Positions 39,478-54,222 of a stretch of DNA of 64,000 bases are shown one piece after another. The translations under genes were made by a program, and so were the position numbers. This DNA comes from Adineta vaga. Its lineage: Eukaryota > Animalia > Rotifera. Below the pieces are notes generated by a model. The model was not told the origin of the DNA. It did no database searches and saw only the letters and a list, made by a program, of their open reading frames with translations. The first letter of the stretch is position 1, and each line of letters opens with the position of its first letter. Where the stretch lies: the NCBI GenBank assembly GCA_021613535.1, contig CP075495.1:10168001-10232000 (forward strand). Direction: 5' to 3'.

Positions 39478-42400
39478 TTTTTTTTTTCTTATTTATGTTT
39501 TTGAAATAATTTTATTCGATTGGATATGAAATCTATTTTAGAAATTTATTTGAATATTACAAATTATTTCAGATCTATTAAAACAATAGAATGCAATTAA
39601 TATTTAACAAACATATTGTAATCAACATTCATTTAAATTAAAGAAAATGTAAGTAGAAAAACTTATTTGCTATAATGAAATGAGCCATCTTATTAATTTA
39701 CCATTAGTTCTAAATAAGTTATGTAGCTCATTTTAAGAGTAAAGACGATATGCACTAACACAATGTGTGCTACACGACACTTAATACTATAATATTTCGA
39801 TTTAATATTCATATAAACCTAATATAAAGAAATCTTTTCCGACCACCGAATAATTAACACTAAGTTAGACGCAAGTACAAGAACATCAATGTCAGCGTGA
39901 TCTACATACAGAGAAAACAGAAAATAATTAATAAAATATTTCTTTTCCTAAGAATAAAAACAGAATTACGAGGTGTATTCATTACAAAATAATATGTTTC
40001 TAAGTATTCAGAGTAGTTTTAAAATCTTCTATCTTCATCATATTTCTAATGAAATGAAATAAATGTAAAAATATTTGTATTTATTTCGAGATTGTTAGAA
40101 GAACTGATCAAACAGTTGTTTAATGTAATAGTCATGTCATTATTATCTTAAATGAGGAAACCATAGAAGAAATCGAATAAAACGACTAAGTTTTCATTTG
40201 ATAAGTTCAGAAAAATAATCATCGAGTCTATTCTATCAATTTTCTTTATGAATAGTGCAAAGTAGATAAAAAAGTAAGATTATTTTTCAAAACCTTCTTC
40301 TATAGTCCAATGGAAAAAAAAGATAAACTAACGCCTGTTCGAGTTCTTGAGGATTCTACTCAAAACATAATCGATGCAAATATTTTGCTATGAATATACA
40401 CATTTGTATTTATAATTTATCTGTAGGAATATTCAATAATAGTATAGACATCCGATACTGATGTATTCACAAGCTATTCTATTACCGTTTGAATGTGATT
40501 GGTAAGAATAGTTATTATCTCCTTCAGACTGATAAAATCGGTATTTTTGTCCTTTATTCTCAGTATGTATTTGTTGTTTTGCCTCTATATGCCACAAAAA
40601 TATAAATATAAAGAACGAAAAGTATTTTTTAAGTACAATGGGAACTTCATCTTCCCTAGTATACGTAACTAACTTCTTGTTTCTAATTAAAAGAAAAGTA
40701 TTTTCATGCCAAGAAAGAAAAAGTGAATAGTGAAGATTTTCTACCGCTTGTTCATTGTATTATGATTATTTTTCCAATCGATGAACATAAGTATGCTAAA
40801 ATGGAGAATTATAGAAAATTTCATAGATTCTAAGAGTATGTCATTTATTTTGAAACGAATAGGTTTTTCTTCTCTCTCCTTCGAACAACTCAAGAATTTT
40901 AAGTAATATTTTTCTGTGTGCATGGCGAAATACGAGTTTGTATTTGTAATCTCATAGTTTAGATAGATAAGTGAAGCTTACGATTAACGGAAGAAATGTT
41001 TTTTTTATTAGCAAAAGCAAAAGAAAACAATAAGATTTCTTTTGAGAAGAAGAAAATCTAATAGAATAGTTCTACAAAAAGTACATTTCTATTCAATCTT
41101 CTTGGCAACTACTTGAGAAAGAAGAGATTTGTTGTATTGATAATATAATGAAAGGATCGACTGAAAGAAATGTTAATACGGTATTTTTTACTATTCGTTC
41201 GAATATGTCTATGTCATGATGATCATAAGAGAAAAAATGAAGCTGAGTTTCATCTTTTCTTTTCAAAACCTATAATCTTTTCTCTTCGATGGTTATTTAA
41301 TCAACCATTTTATGTTAGAACAAAATTAGAATACAGAGTCTACAATGTGTGTCGTTCTTTTTTAAATTTAAAACATTCCATTTCATTGCAAAAAATTCTT
41401 TATAAAAAATATGAACTGATCGTACGTTTATTATTTGACAAATCTCAATAGAACTTTGAAATTTTAGTGAGGGTTCAGAAAATCGTCTGTAAAAAAACAG
41501 ATTTATATCATTTTCATCAAGTTAAGACTTTGCCACTGATATTCGCATCACATAGAATATACAATATTGTAATAGATCTTCTCATATTTTCAAATTAAAA
41601 AAATTCATTTGTTTCTTTGACTTTTATTAGAAGTAGCATAATGATAATATTAATATGAAAAATGATACCATGTTTATGATATATTATATGAAAGAATTCT
41701 CATTTTCTGTAAGTGCTTCAGTTAAATGCCTTCGATAACTATATATATATATATAAATTTCCTTTATAAGATAGAAACATATTTTCATCTTCTACTTTCA
41801 TAAGTAAGACACATTTATTCAAAAAAAAGATAGCTCAGAAAACGTAAAAACCCAAAAATAGATCCTCCTTTGCATGAGCTTCTATAAGTGCAGGGTATTT
41901 AATGCAGATCAAAGAAATGATTCAGCTTATCTTTAAGCTTTTGCTACAGAAATCTTCTGATGTATTTTGGATTCTAGAATTTTATTAGATTTTTTATATA
42001 AATTTTCTAGTAATATTTACATGAAAACAGTTCATTTATATTGAATATCTTTAATGCATAGAATATTTACACAATTGAACAACTATCAACCCAATTGTAT
42101 GATTTTCCTACGGAAAATCTTGTTCATTTTTTTCTGTTTTCCTAAATAGTTCATTAATTACAATAGTAGATAATCTGGTATTGTACAGCATATTTGAGAC
42201 GGAGATAGATATATTGTTACTCTATTTCCTTTGAGATTTATCTTGAAGTTTAAGGTTATTTCTTAAAAGAATTTATAAGAAAAATAAAAACAATGGATTA
42301 GTCATGAAAAGATTTCTTAAACATTATACCACGCAGATTCAGAACACGAGTAGTTATTTTATATTTTTCGACTCGATGCACTAATAAAGAGCTATACAAT

Positions 42401-42809
42401 AGAGAAGTGCAACTATTTTGATGAAAACTTATCAAAGAAATTTCCTTTTCTCTTGAAAAGCAAAACAAACAAAGAAAAACACTTTTCTATGAACCATAGT
42501 CATTTGATAAAAGAAAATCTTCTCATCAAAAAAAGTTTCCTATAGTAAATTCTATCATTTTTTTGTTATCTATTTTATTTGTCTGTCAATGTTTATTATA
42601 ATAAGCTGACAACGAACGAGGCAAAAAAAACCATATACTAATAAAAACATAATTTCAATTACTAAACTTTATCCCAAGTGAGCATCATTACATATATGTG
42701 GATTGATAAAATACTTTCTTAATATTATTCTTTGCTTTCATTATTTTTTATTTCTCGATTATCATAAACATTGGAGAAATAGTTTTTGATTCTTCTTTCA
42801 GAAAACATA

Positions 42810-44921
42810 ATGATGCTTTCTTCATCATGTACGTTGATCGGTATTTTAATTATATTTCTTGGTTCATTTGGTAATTGGTTATGTATATGTGTGTTTTGTC
42901 GTAAACGTTTTCGTTCATCAATGTTAACACCATTTTTTGTTGCTTTGTTAATTGCTGATTGTATTTATTTAACATTTCGAGTTATTAAATTATTACATTA
43001 TCAACAAACATTATTTCAAAATTTCTTTTCATCAATTTCTTGTTCATCAAGTTTATTAATACAAATTTATGCATATTTTGCACAACATGCACCACAAATA
43101 TTTATACCATTATGTCATTATGAATTTTATATACGCTTTTCACTTATATTAATGTCATTTCTAGCTATACAACGTGCCTATGATATGATTCATTCATCGT
43201 ATCTTATTATACGAAGAAAATCTTCAACACGAATATCTTCTTATTTATTGATTTTATTTGCATTTATATCTGCCTATGGTTTGGAATTTTTTGGTTTAAG
43301 TATTTTTTGCTCATATGAACTTAGTTCTCAAACAGCATATCAATGGTATAGTTATATATGGAATAATCTTTCCAATGAAACAGAAAATTTGATAACATTC
43401 GTCAAAAGTCATCCGAGAAATCAAAGTGAACTTGATTGTATTATGTTAAATCAAACAAATTGTTCTTCTGAACAACAAATTGATACAATTCGTAAGTATT
43501 AGTTGAAATATATTCATTTTCGAAGCATGCAAATGTTTTCAAGCATTGTCTAGCAATAGAGTAGAATATTCGATGTAATTTTTTGTTTATTAATTTGATT
43601 ATTCATCACGACTGGAACAGTCACCATTCGATGAGATGGACTAATTTCAAAAAACAAGATAGAATTAAAAGAAGATCTTCTCTGCTGAATAGTCTCTTTG
43701 ATATGAAATATGTTAATCACAATATTAACGAACTATTCACGAAGAAAATCCAATCTAGTAAATAGATTCATATTCATTGTCTATGGATGTATCTATCCAT
43801 CATCATTTTATCTTCTTAAAAAAACTACTTTAAATTATAAATAAATTTCTAAAGTACGTCGATTCATTTTCACCTGGATAAAATTGAACGAACCACTAGT
43901 GTACGTAGGAGAATGAAATGATAATTAATGACTTTCATCATTCGAATTATCAAAGATTTCTATTAATGGATGAATATTCTTAGACTGATCTTTTTTCGTA
44001 CTTTCAATCCCTTTTTGTTCTTTCATTATATGATTTGATTAATTAATAACAATGATTCTTAAGGATATTATTTCGATATACATCAACGTTCAATTGTGGA
44101 TCTTATTCATAAGTATCAATTATCTACAACTGGTAAAAGAATGGCACGCAATGAACTTCGTCTAAAATATCATTATCATACATGTCCATTTCGTATTCAA
44201 TCTGATCTATTTCTCAATATTTTTGATCTTCTTTATTCACGTATATTCGGTTTTAATCGATATACGATGATACTCGGTAAGATAAATTTGAATGATTAAA
44301 AATATGAAGTGTTTTTTTTCAATTTTTTTCCTAGTTTTGGGAAGTATACTTCCATCAGTTGTGATAATACTTGGTAATGCAATATCTTTACAATGTATCA
44401 TTGCTAATCGTAGTTCAATTGGTGAACAAACACGTGCATCACGTCGTCGAACAGACGAAACTCGCCGTGTAATTATCATAATAACAACTGAATGTTTACT
44501 AGCTGTAATTAATTCCTGGTTTGTTGATATTATATTAAGTTTTAATTATTGTGATCGATCTGTAGCAATTGGTGATGATTGTCCAGATTATTTATATCGA
44601 TCACAAACATTTTTAGCTCTTTCTGATTTTCTGAATTCCGTGTCGAATATCGCTCTTCATTGTTTTGCTGGAAGAAGATTTCGTCATGAATTGAAACGTA
44701 TGTTACAGGCATGGATTACTTCAATTCGAAAACATATACCATGTTCTTGTAAAATTGAATGCAGAAACGCCAAATACCTGACAAGAACTTGTGATGATGA
44801 ACAGTATATACCACAGTCGGAAACATCGACCAAACCATCAAAAACTTTTAAATATGTTAACGAACAAAAGCATGAATATATAAAATTAAGAGTTGCAACG
44901 TATCCAACGACTGTACTTTAA
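42810..44921 (+). CDS. Orphan rhodopsin-like (class A) GPCR, 3 coding exons
   Basis: TM1 GSFGN..CVF.RKRFR, TM2 LLIAD, TM3 LAIQRAY, TM5 SILPSVVIILGN, TM7 NSVSNIALHCFAGRRFR; exons ~42810-43491, 44064-44276, 44335-44921. Confidence 0.85.
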
Positions 44922-45339
44922 TTTCAAATTGTTTATTTGTTGATTGATTGAAAAATAAATTAGAGCAAAGCAGATATTCATCTCTTGTTTATCATCTAAT
45001 CTAACTATATTGAATGATTTTCATACAGTAGAAAAGTTTGTACAATCTTATTCATATCAAATATGATAATAGTTGGAAGAGTATCCGACGACCCTCTTTA
45101 AATATTCACTGTACCTAGAGTCATTTAAATACTATGTTAAATAACATTTATAATCCATTATCTCTAGTTTCATTCATATAATGTGTTGAGTCTCTATAGA
45201 TGTATCATGCGTATTGCATCAATAATTTCAGACTATGATCTCAATAGAAGTAAAACCCAAAAGAAATTTATCTTTATTTTTAGTTAAAAATCAATCGTTA
45301 ATATACAAACGAAAGCATCAATAATAAATTTTATTCTTT

Positions 45340-47301
45340 TCAATAGACAACATGTTTTTTTTGTCGACGTTTTTGTTGTGGACGAAATGTTAAATTGGCT
45401 AATGTTTCATTACTATCTAAACCAATCATTTCATCTAATCGTTTACATACCATATGAATCTAAATGTAAAAAAAAAGAATACAATATAGAAATATAATTA
45501 TTCAAACAAAAGTATTACTCGATCTAAAGCCAGAATAAGTTCATCAATTTTTCTTGGTAATTCTTCTACTGGAGTTGGAGGATCGGAACGTGTAATAACA
45601 GGATTTTCTTCTGGATGAATTTTTGCAAATATTTTTTTCATTCCTATATAGATAAGAAAACAACATTAATGTTTATGTTGTTAAATAAAATTAAACAAAC
45701 CTAATCGTCGAGCGATATCCTCGATGATAAATTTAAGGATACTCGGTTGATGACTTTCTTTTTCATTTATTTCTTTTCTCACATGACGAAAATGTTCGGT
45801 GATAATAACGACAAACATTGTAAAACAAATAAAGACACAAAAATAAATAAATAATGTAAATACAAATGGTCCAAGAAATGGATCAGCATCTTGTAAATCA
45901 GTTGTATCAAATTTTAATAGAATCATTTCAAATAACATTCCAGCTGTTAATAATATACTTGAACATGTTAACATTTTTGATATGAATAATAGATAGAATA
46001 AAATAACAAATGCTGAAAATAATAAAAAATACATCATGGTAAATGCTGCAATATCTTTAAATGCCCGATGTAATGTTCGAGAAAAAATATATATACGAGG
46101 ATAAATATCAAATAATTGTAACATACGTATTGTACCAAAAAAACAACAAAAACCAAGTAGAAATGTTAAGATATCATTTACATATGTGGCAAATTGAAGA
46201 TTAATATATTCCAAACCATTTGTTGATGTAAAACGTTTACCAATTCGTTTTGCTTCATGATAACGCCATATATATATACCGACACCACCCCATGAACAAA
46301 CGATAATACTCCATTCAATATATGAACGCATTTTATGAAAATATTTCTTTTTCAATTTCAAAATCGAACGAATTTCTACGATAGTGAAATAGATTATAAA
46401 TAATATATAGATAATCGCAATGATTAAGTAAAAAATTGATGAAAAATCATTAAATTCAATATGCATTTGAAATGGATCAATACGGTATGATGGATAAACT
46501 TGACCTGTATTTAAGATTTCAATTAAAAATGTCGTTGATGTATAGAATTTAACATTTGGATTATATAAATTTAATTGAATCATTACAGCACGAGACATTT
46601 CATCTATCCATGATAGTTTTCTTAAAAGAGTTAGATTTTCTTGAAGTTCATTGAAATTTCCACGAAATTCATAAACATAACCTCCACTACCATACGTTGC
46701 ATGATCACCCCAATAAACATACGAATCAAGTTGCTCACTTGATCGATAAATAAATGAATTGATAATGGATGATGAATAATTTACGTTAGTTGTTGAAATC
46801 CATCCAGGTGCATATGATTGTCGTTCATCATTAAATAGACTATAACTACCTTTACATGAATCAATCAATGGTCGAGCTATTGATGGTACTTGACAAGATT
46901 CATCTAATTTTAAACGTAATTGTCTCATTGTTGCCCAACCAATAATTCGATTTGATTTATCATTAAGAAAATCTGTCATATTTTTCACGACGTCTCCATT
47001 ATACCATGACTGATTACGAATATTCGAAATAAAGATCGCTTGTAACCAACTCCAATAGTCATCAATCGATATAATCTAATTTTTTTTAAGAAAGAAAATT
47101 TCGAAAGTGTGTTTTTTTCTCTCTCTCAAACCAACAACTTACTTCGGTAAAATTGTTTGAAGAACTTCGTGAATCGAGAAACAAATTACGTAAATGATGT
47201 ACTTGATGGATAGCATTTGAATCACGATTTGTATAACTAACTATATATAATATCACAACAAAAATAATATTAATACACATATTACGAATATATTTCCACA
47301 T
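45340..47301 (-). CDS. Polycystin cation-channel-domain protein (PKD1L/PKD2-like), apparently without a large ectodomain
   Basis: IIGWATMRQLR, YGSGGYV, WIDEMSRAV, LYNPNV, PFLGPFVF and 6 TM segments; exons ~47143-47301, 45702-47076, 45521-45644, 45340-45459. Confidence 0.85.
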
Positions 47302-48710
47302 TATTCTTCAATAGTAAGATAAAAGTGACAACAACCGATACAAAGAATAATAACTGGAATTGATATGAATGTCTTGTTGAAAATTTCGAATGATATTTTA
47401 TTTAAAATTGAAGACAAACGTCTTTGTAGATATGCCGATTACCATCTGTTATATGCGAAAGTAATTTGATAAAATATGAACAAAAATCTAATAGAAACTT
47501 AAACTTCTTTACCGAAGAAAAAAGGAACACATTCGTCGAGCATGATGAAAGACATCTATATAATTAGAAAATATACACCAATAATTGATGTAAATTTACC
47601 AAAAAGCATATACTAACAAACTTAATATATCCCTGATATTCTTTATTTTTCTAGTTGAATCACTTGACTGTATCAGGCAGAAAAGAAAAGAAGATATATT
47701 CAAGGAAATAGATTTCATAAATGTTCATATGCTTGAGAAACAAATTGTTCTAATAGGTTGATAATTAGAAAAAAAAGAAGAAGAAAAAGAAAATGGAAAA
47801 AGTTTAATCAAAGTGAAAGATAAATATTTCAGCACAAACATCGTCTTACAGGTTTTTGTCATGGTTAATGAAAGTTATTTGAGTAAAACTGAATTACAGA
47901 GAGAGAATTTGAACTTTCTATGTAATACTGATAGTTTAAATTGAGATGATCTGTGATTTGAATAGGATATGGTGTGCATTTTTTTTCACTAGTGGTCTAT
48001 ATCAATATTTAATGAAAGGATGTTGAAATGAATAGAGAATTTCTCTATTCAAGTCTTTCAAATTACTCCGTTTGTATTAAACAAAACTTCTTCAAAATTT
48101 TAAATATGTTCTATTATTTTTTTCAAGAGTTTGCTAGTTACCTTCCTAGACACAATAGAATAATTTCGAGGAAAACAAACGTTCTTTTTTGTCCCTATAT
48201 TTAAACATACTGGATAAACAAGTTTTTCTTAAGAAATCGAGTAAAATGACTAATACTTCTTATGCATAGTTTGTCAAGTAGGCAGACGTCGTTGTTATAG
48301 AAGCTTTAGTAGAAGAGTTCCTCAAGACTTTAGTTTGTTTTACTTTTGAAAATTTACGTCGCTATCGGAAAGATGCATGATTTAATTCTATATTTAGAAT
48401 CCCTTGTTCATTTTTCGTTAATTAAAATATTGTTTTTTTTTAAGAGAAAGAACGTTGAAGTATTAAAAATAGTCGCCTTTTTCAAGCAAATCATAGGAGA
48501 TAGTTTATTGATTTACTTCCGTAAAATGAAAGGATCTTCAACAAGAATATAATATACCAATTGAAGAATTAATAGTCAAGATGAAAAAGAGGTATGAATA
48601 TGCATCTATTTTTCTGACTCCTCCAGTCTTCTTCTTCTATTGCATTTTGATCTGTCAATCAAATACTTCTGATGAGATGAAATAAGATACCATTTAGATT
48701 CTTTATTAGA

Positions 48711-49065
48711 TCAACCGTGAGAATATATATGCCAAAGTAACATAATATTCTTATATTGAAATTGCGTATTTCTGGTTTTAGCATCTATGAACAGAATATT
48801 CATCGAATCTTTGAATATATGTGATAGTTGTTCGGACTTATATAGAGTAAATATATTCGAAACGAAATGTTTTTTTTCCATTAAAAATTGTCGAGCATCA
48901 AGAAAAGCTGTTTCAGGCATGTAAAGGATGTTATTACTTTGACCAAAGACAATCGGCACAACTGGCAATCGGAGTGTGTGAAATAATTTTCCAGCCAGAA
49001 AAAAATGAAAACGATAATTATCATATTCAAATCTTCTCTTATATCAATTTCGATCAACATTTTTG
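48711..49065 (-). pseudogene. Possible relic of an alpha-1,3-fucosyltransferase (GT10) C-terminal region
   Basis: One frame reads NVDRN*YKRRFEYDNYRFHFFLAGKLFHTLRLPVVPIVFGQSNNILYMPETAFLDARQF. This resembles GT10 YKFYL(AFENS..DYITE)KL..L....VP(I/V)V.G......P..AFI....F, with the central motif missing and an in-frame stop. Confidence 0.4.
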
Positions 49066-52000
49066 AATAAATGTAAAAATTCAGAAAAATATAATATCAA
49101 GAAATATTTTCTCAGTCAGAACATCGACTTGACTTCATATAAACTGTTTTCAACAGCTAATAAAAAATAATAGTTTTCAGCAAGATACGTTCGCGAATTG
49201 ATATTTTCATTAAGAATAATTTTGCTTTGCGAATGCTAATCTTCTTCTATGTCAGTGACCAATTAAAAAAGTAATCGTTATGATGAATGACGAGATTTCA
49301 ATTGTTTATCTTGAAGATTCATTGGATCACGTTGATGATAGACAACACCATCAGCTTCTCGAAAGCGATTCATATCATTGATTATTTCATAATGACTATT
49401 CGAGAATGAACAAAATAATTCCGAGACTAAACAAAGAAATTGAATGCATTCAATCGATATGACTATGTTTGATTAAACTAGGTCTTCTTTTTACAAAAGA
49501 AATTATTTTTCGTTAAGCTAATCTCTTTCCATTTGTTTTATGAAGCGTATATGGAGGAAAAAAAGACGACGATTTGACAAGATATACAATAAATAAGTTT
49601 GATCGTTTCTTTTTTCTTCTTTTTCACTAGTCAACTTATATTAAAATCAATTAGGAGAATAAGAAGAAAAAGAAATAAATCTAATCATATGACATACTAA
49701 TTACTTCCTGAATTAGTCTTATTTTTAATTGATTTCTTTGTTCATCGTAAATCGTTAAAGATTGTATCGGCGAGTACAATCAGTTTTTTCTTTAGAGTTT
49801 TTATTTGTAAAAATTTCTGATGACGTTTTGTATAAATTTGTATTGGTAAAAGAAGGACAAAGTCTATTTGTTCGATATGATAAATAGACGATGATTGATT
49901 GATCTAGTTCGTGTTGGATTGAATAATATAATTTCCTGAATGTTTTTTTTTACATCGATTGACTTATAAAAGAATGCAGCACAACTTAATATTGTATATA
50001 TACATGCATAGATAAATCTTTGATTACTAGACGATAAGTACCAGAAGAAGAAAACATCATAATGTTTATAAACTTTTCAATTGTTTTGTTTTGTTGTCTA
50101 TTCTAACTATCATAATATAAGAAAGGAGAAATAGAGAAACAGAAAAACGATTCATTCGACTGTTCAATCATCGATATCCTTTGTTTGATTTATCTAGTGG
50201 TTCTTTTCAATAATATAGATAAAGTTAATCATTTCAACGTAAATACTCAAGTGAATATATTGACGAATTAGAAAAATGTTCTAAATTTAGAATGATGATA
50301 GTTTATCCCTTGATATTTAACGTGAGATAAACACCAGGTGCTGATTAGTTAGCTTGCATGAATTACTAACATGATAATTTAAAAAAAGTATCATTCCAAG
50401 AATCGAATACAATGATAGTTGTATTCAACCAATATGTAATTCTCGCTTTTTTTCCATAATCAAAATAAAAAGTTTGGTATAATCAATTGATCTATTGAGG
50501 AAAATAACGATTGTTCAGAAGTTTAGCACTCCTTGAATTTTACAATTGTGCCGAAATCTCGATGTTGATGAAAAGAATCGAGAGATTTTTCTTCGCGATG
50601 ACGAGCCAAACTTAATAGAATACAAAAGAAATACTTCGCCGATAGTTATTCTTCTTAGTTTCTTTAGAAAAGAATCTAGTTTGCTATTTGATTAATATAG
50701 CGTATACGAAGAAATAATAATAAAAAGAACTAGACGAGAATAAGAGAGATAAACAGAATATTCTTTTCTTCTTTCTATTACTTATAAATACGAACATTGA
50801 TGATATCAATACCCATTTGCCTTTTTTTTCATCTTACATATTTGTTTTATATACATTGAAGGATCGACGACATTCTTTTAAGTCCTATTTCATTTCTATT
50901 ACATGAAATTTTTTCTCAGTGCTTAGCTTTTTTTTATCTTATATTGACTAATACTGAGGAATACGGCGATTATTGAAGTTATCGTGACAAAATGTAGTAT
51001 ATATATATTAATTTCTATTGAAATCAACCATGAATATTCTTATGCAAGTACTTTTATGTATCAGATTTTTTTTATTCTCAAGTACCAAATCGTATGTAAT
51101 TGCGATTGAAGTGTGAAAAGGATGTGTGTATATATTTCTAAAGCAATTTTTGAGTTTCTTTTTTTATTGTTAGAGAAATAAATTGAGGAAAAATATATGT
51201 TAAACAGGTAAGTGTACGTATGTATGTATGTTTTTATTTTATCACCTAGGGTATTTAATATAAAGTAAAGAATCTATTGAGTAACTGAAAAAGTCCTAGA
51301 CTTAATCAGATTTTACATTTCTCTACGGGTTTCTGTCATGAAATTGTGTGGTGAATTAACTCAACAAGCTTCTCTTTTCTATAGAACTGTCATAGATTTA
51401 TCCAAGAAAGATATTTAAGTGTAAGTTTTATGCCGAAGTATTATACTCTTTCTACTCTCTTATAGACAGGTACCATCACGAACAGACTACCATAGTATAT
51501 AAAGTATATGAGTTCTACATTTGAATCCTAAAAAGGACTGCACTGAAAAATTTCCTCCTATTAGATACTCATGAAATCCTTTGTCAAATACCACTCGATT
51601 ATGCTATGCAATTTTCATGTATATTTGTTCAAGATTTTTTGTTTTGATTACATGATAAAACTCTAAACATTGATCATATGACAGTGGTTAATTAATCAAA
51701 CTTAAATTACTGATTCGATTGTTCGTACTTCAATGAATAGATTAGACATCTCTCGATTTCTTTTTGTCTTCTATTTTGATTATAAATACTACTTAGTTAA
51801 TGTTCCGTTATGACAAATTTAACGCCTAAAAGTGTTGAGAGAAACAACAGAAACGATGAACTGCTTATTTCCGATTCACCTTTAACAATGATGAATGACA
51901 CCGGAAACTTTTCTACTTATTTTTCTTTACATCCATCATCATCACGATTACCATTCGTGCGTAATTTAGCAAAATCATCATCCGAAATACAATTCATCTG

Positions 52001-54222
52001 ACAAGTCACATAAATCTAGCTCAACTATTTAATAATTTGCTGCCTACGTAAAATATTTAGTATAAGACTTTTATTTATATTTTATAAAGATGAGAACTTG
52101 TAAAGAGTTTTCAACTGAGCAAAAAAGAAAACCTTTTTCCTATTTTTCTCCTATAAGACAAATCTATTTTCTTTTTTCTTCTTGATTTGATTATCGATTT
52201 GCTCACATAGATTCCGTTTTATTCAACCGTTTTCTATAGAAGAAAAAAAACGAAGATAATAAAAAGAGAATTTCTTTTACCATGAATAATCTATTGATAA
52301 TTAGATCATTTGATTCGTTTATATCAGTAAATCGATTGACAAATCTACTTTTTAAGACTTTCTCGATTATTCATGTATGCGTAAGTTAAGATATTATCAC
52401 ATTCGGTTAAATCGACATTTTATGTCTATTATTTTTGTAGGAAATATCATACTAATGTAAACGAGAATCAAAGTAGGCAAGTAAAATGTATATTTCAATT
52501 AAATATAAGATTGCAATAACTTAACAACGTTTAATATTGAAAGTAGAAAAACAATTATAGAAGAGTTGTTCATTTCAGTATTTCAACGTAGAGTGTTGAT
52601 TGTAAAATATCAAGTAGCTAAAATGACTCACATCAAGTCAAATACTTAGAATATTGCAAAGTTGTTTCCACTTTGTAACTAATTCTAACACATGACTTAT
52701 GAAAAGAAAAACATCTTAAGCCATATGAGAATAAGTTGTGCGAAAAAAGATAATATGCTCGATGATTCTATCGAATGATGTTAAGAACTTGGTTATAACA
52801 AATGAAATTTGCCTTTCTATTTCTTTTTGTAATATCAAGAGAATTTTGGATAGTGTTATTCTCAATGCAAAAAAAGTGTATATTATCCTTCGTTCTCGAT
52901 CACATGAGAAGAAGAAAAGACAGTCGTCGTCGTCGTCGCCCTCATCACATAGTCAATAAGTTTCTATTTTCAGAGAATATTTTAGAATAACTTTATCACT
53001 ACATAGATATATTTCTATGAAAAATACATTTCCCAGTAGATGTAACCTTCGTTAATAGAATAGAATTCTTGAATAAATAACTATGAACTATATATTATAT
53101 CTTAGATCCCAGCATGTGAGTATCGATTTTGTCATAAAACTTGAAAAATTATAATTTCGACATAAAATATCAGTATTTAAGTATGATTTCTTTTGATTTG
53201 AAGAGATGAGCGTGTTCTAATAATAGATAACGCGTAAGGATGAAATTATTTATTGATTATGCACTTTGTGACATTAAAGTTTTATACCAGCCAATAAAAT
53301 TAATGTTTCCGAATGAAAGAACATTGAGCTTGTTCCTTTCTTTTCCTCAAATAGGTAGAACAAAAAAGTGCATAGTAGATCAGTTCTGATCCGATCGAGT
53401 TAAACGCATTAAATTAAGAAGTATTAGTTAGACTATACCCGAAATGGATCAACAGCTTGTTTCAGCTAAGAATGAATGCGATTAACATAAACAATTTACG
53501 AACTCTTTTTACGCATGTGTTCTTATTCGATAGACGGTATTAAAGAAAATGTGGGTGTAAGCAATAGGATGTAAAATTTTTCTAGAGAATAATAGAAAAA
53601 ATTTTTTCATTATTTAACAGCCAGCTTTCAAAGCATAATTACTTTCACTACACGATATTTCCTTATATATCTCAAACATCTTTGTTCGTATTCATATCAT
53701 CTGGTAATAGTTTATTTCATCAATGATCTCTTCGACTAACTTAAACCAAACATATTGGGTCAAGTTGTTTTTTTCTAAAAACTTTTTTCCAAACTATAAT
53801 CGTCTTTTATGAATTATAAGTCTATATTTATGAAATAGCTACATGACAAAAATACTGTTCAATATTAACAGATATTATAGAAGAGAAACAACATTCGTCT
53901 TTATTATCAAATCAATCTAAAAATAACAGATTCTATATGACAACCTGTTTTTGTTCGCAGTAACATACTTATCACATTTTTTCCACATTATGATCAAATC
54001 AGTAGTATTTCCTGTACGTCACCCGTTGTGCATAATTATTATACACGCATTTTCCAAAAACAAACTCTCTCTTCTTAATATGAGAAAAGAAGCAGTGTCA
54101 TATAGTATTGTTATTTTCTACTTACATGTATATAACGCTATATATATATGTAACTTAAATTACACATAAGTTATTAATAATGTTGCGAAAGTTATTCTGT
54201 TTTACTCTTGTTCTAGATAATA

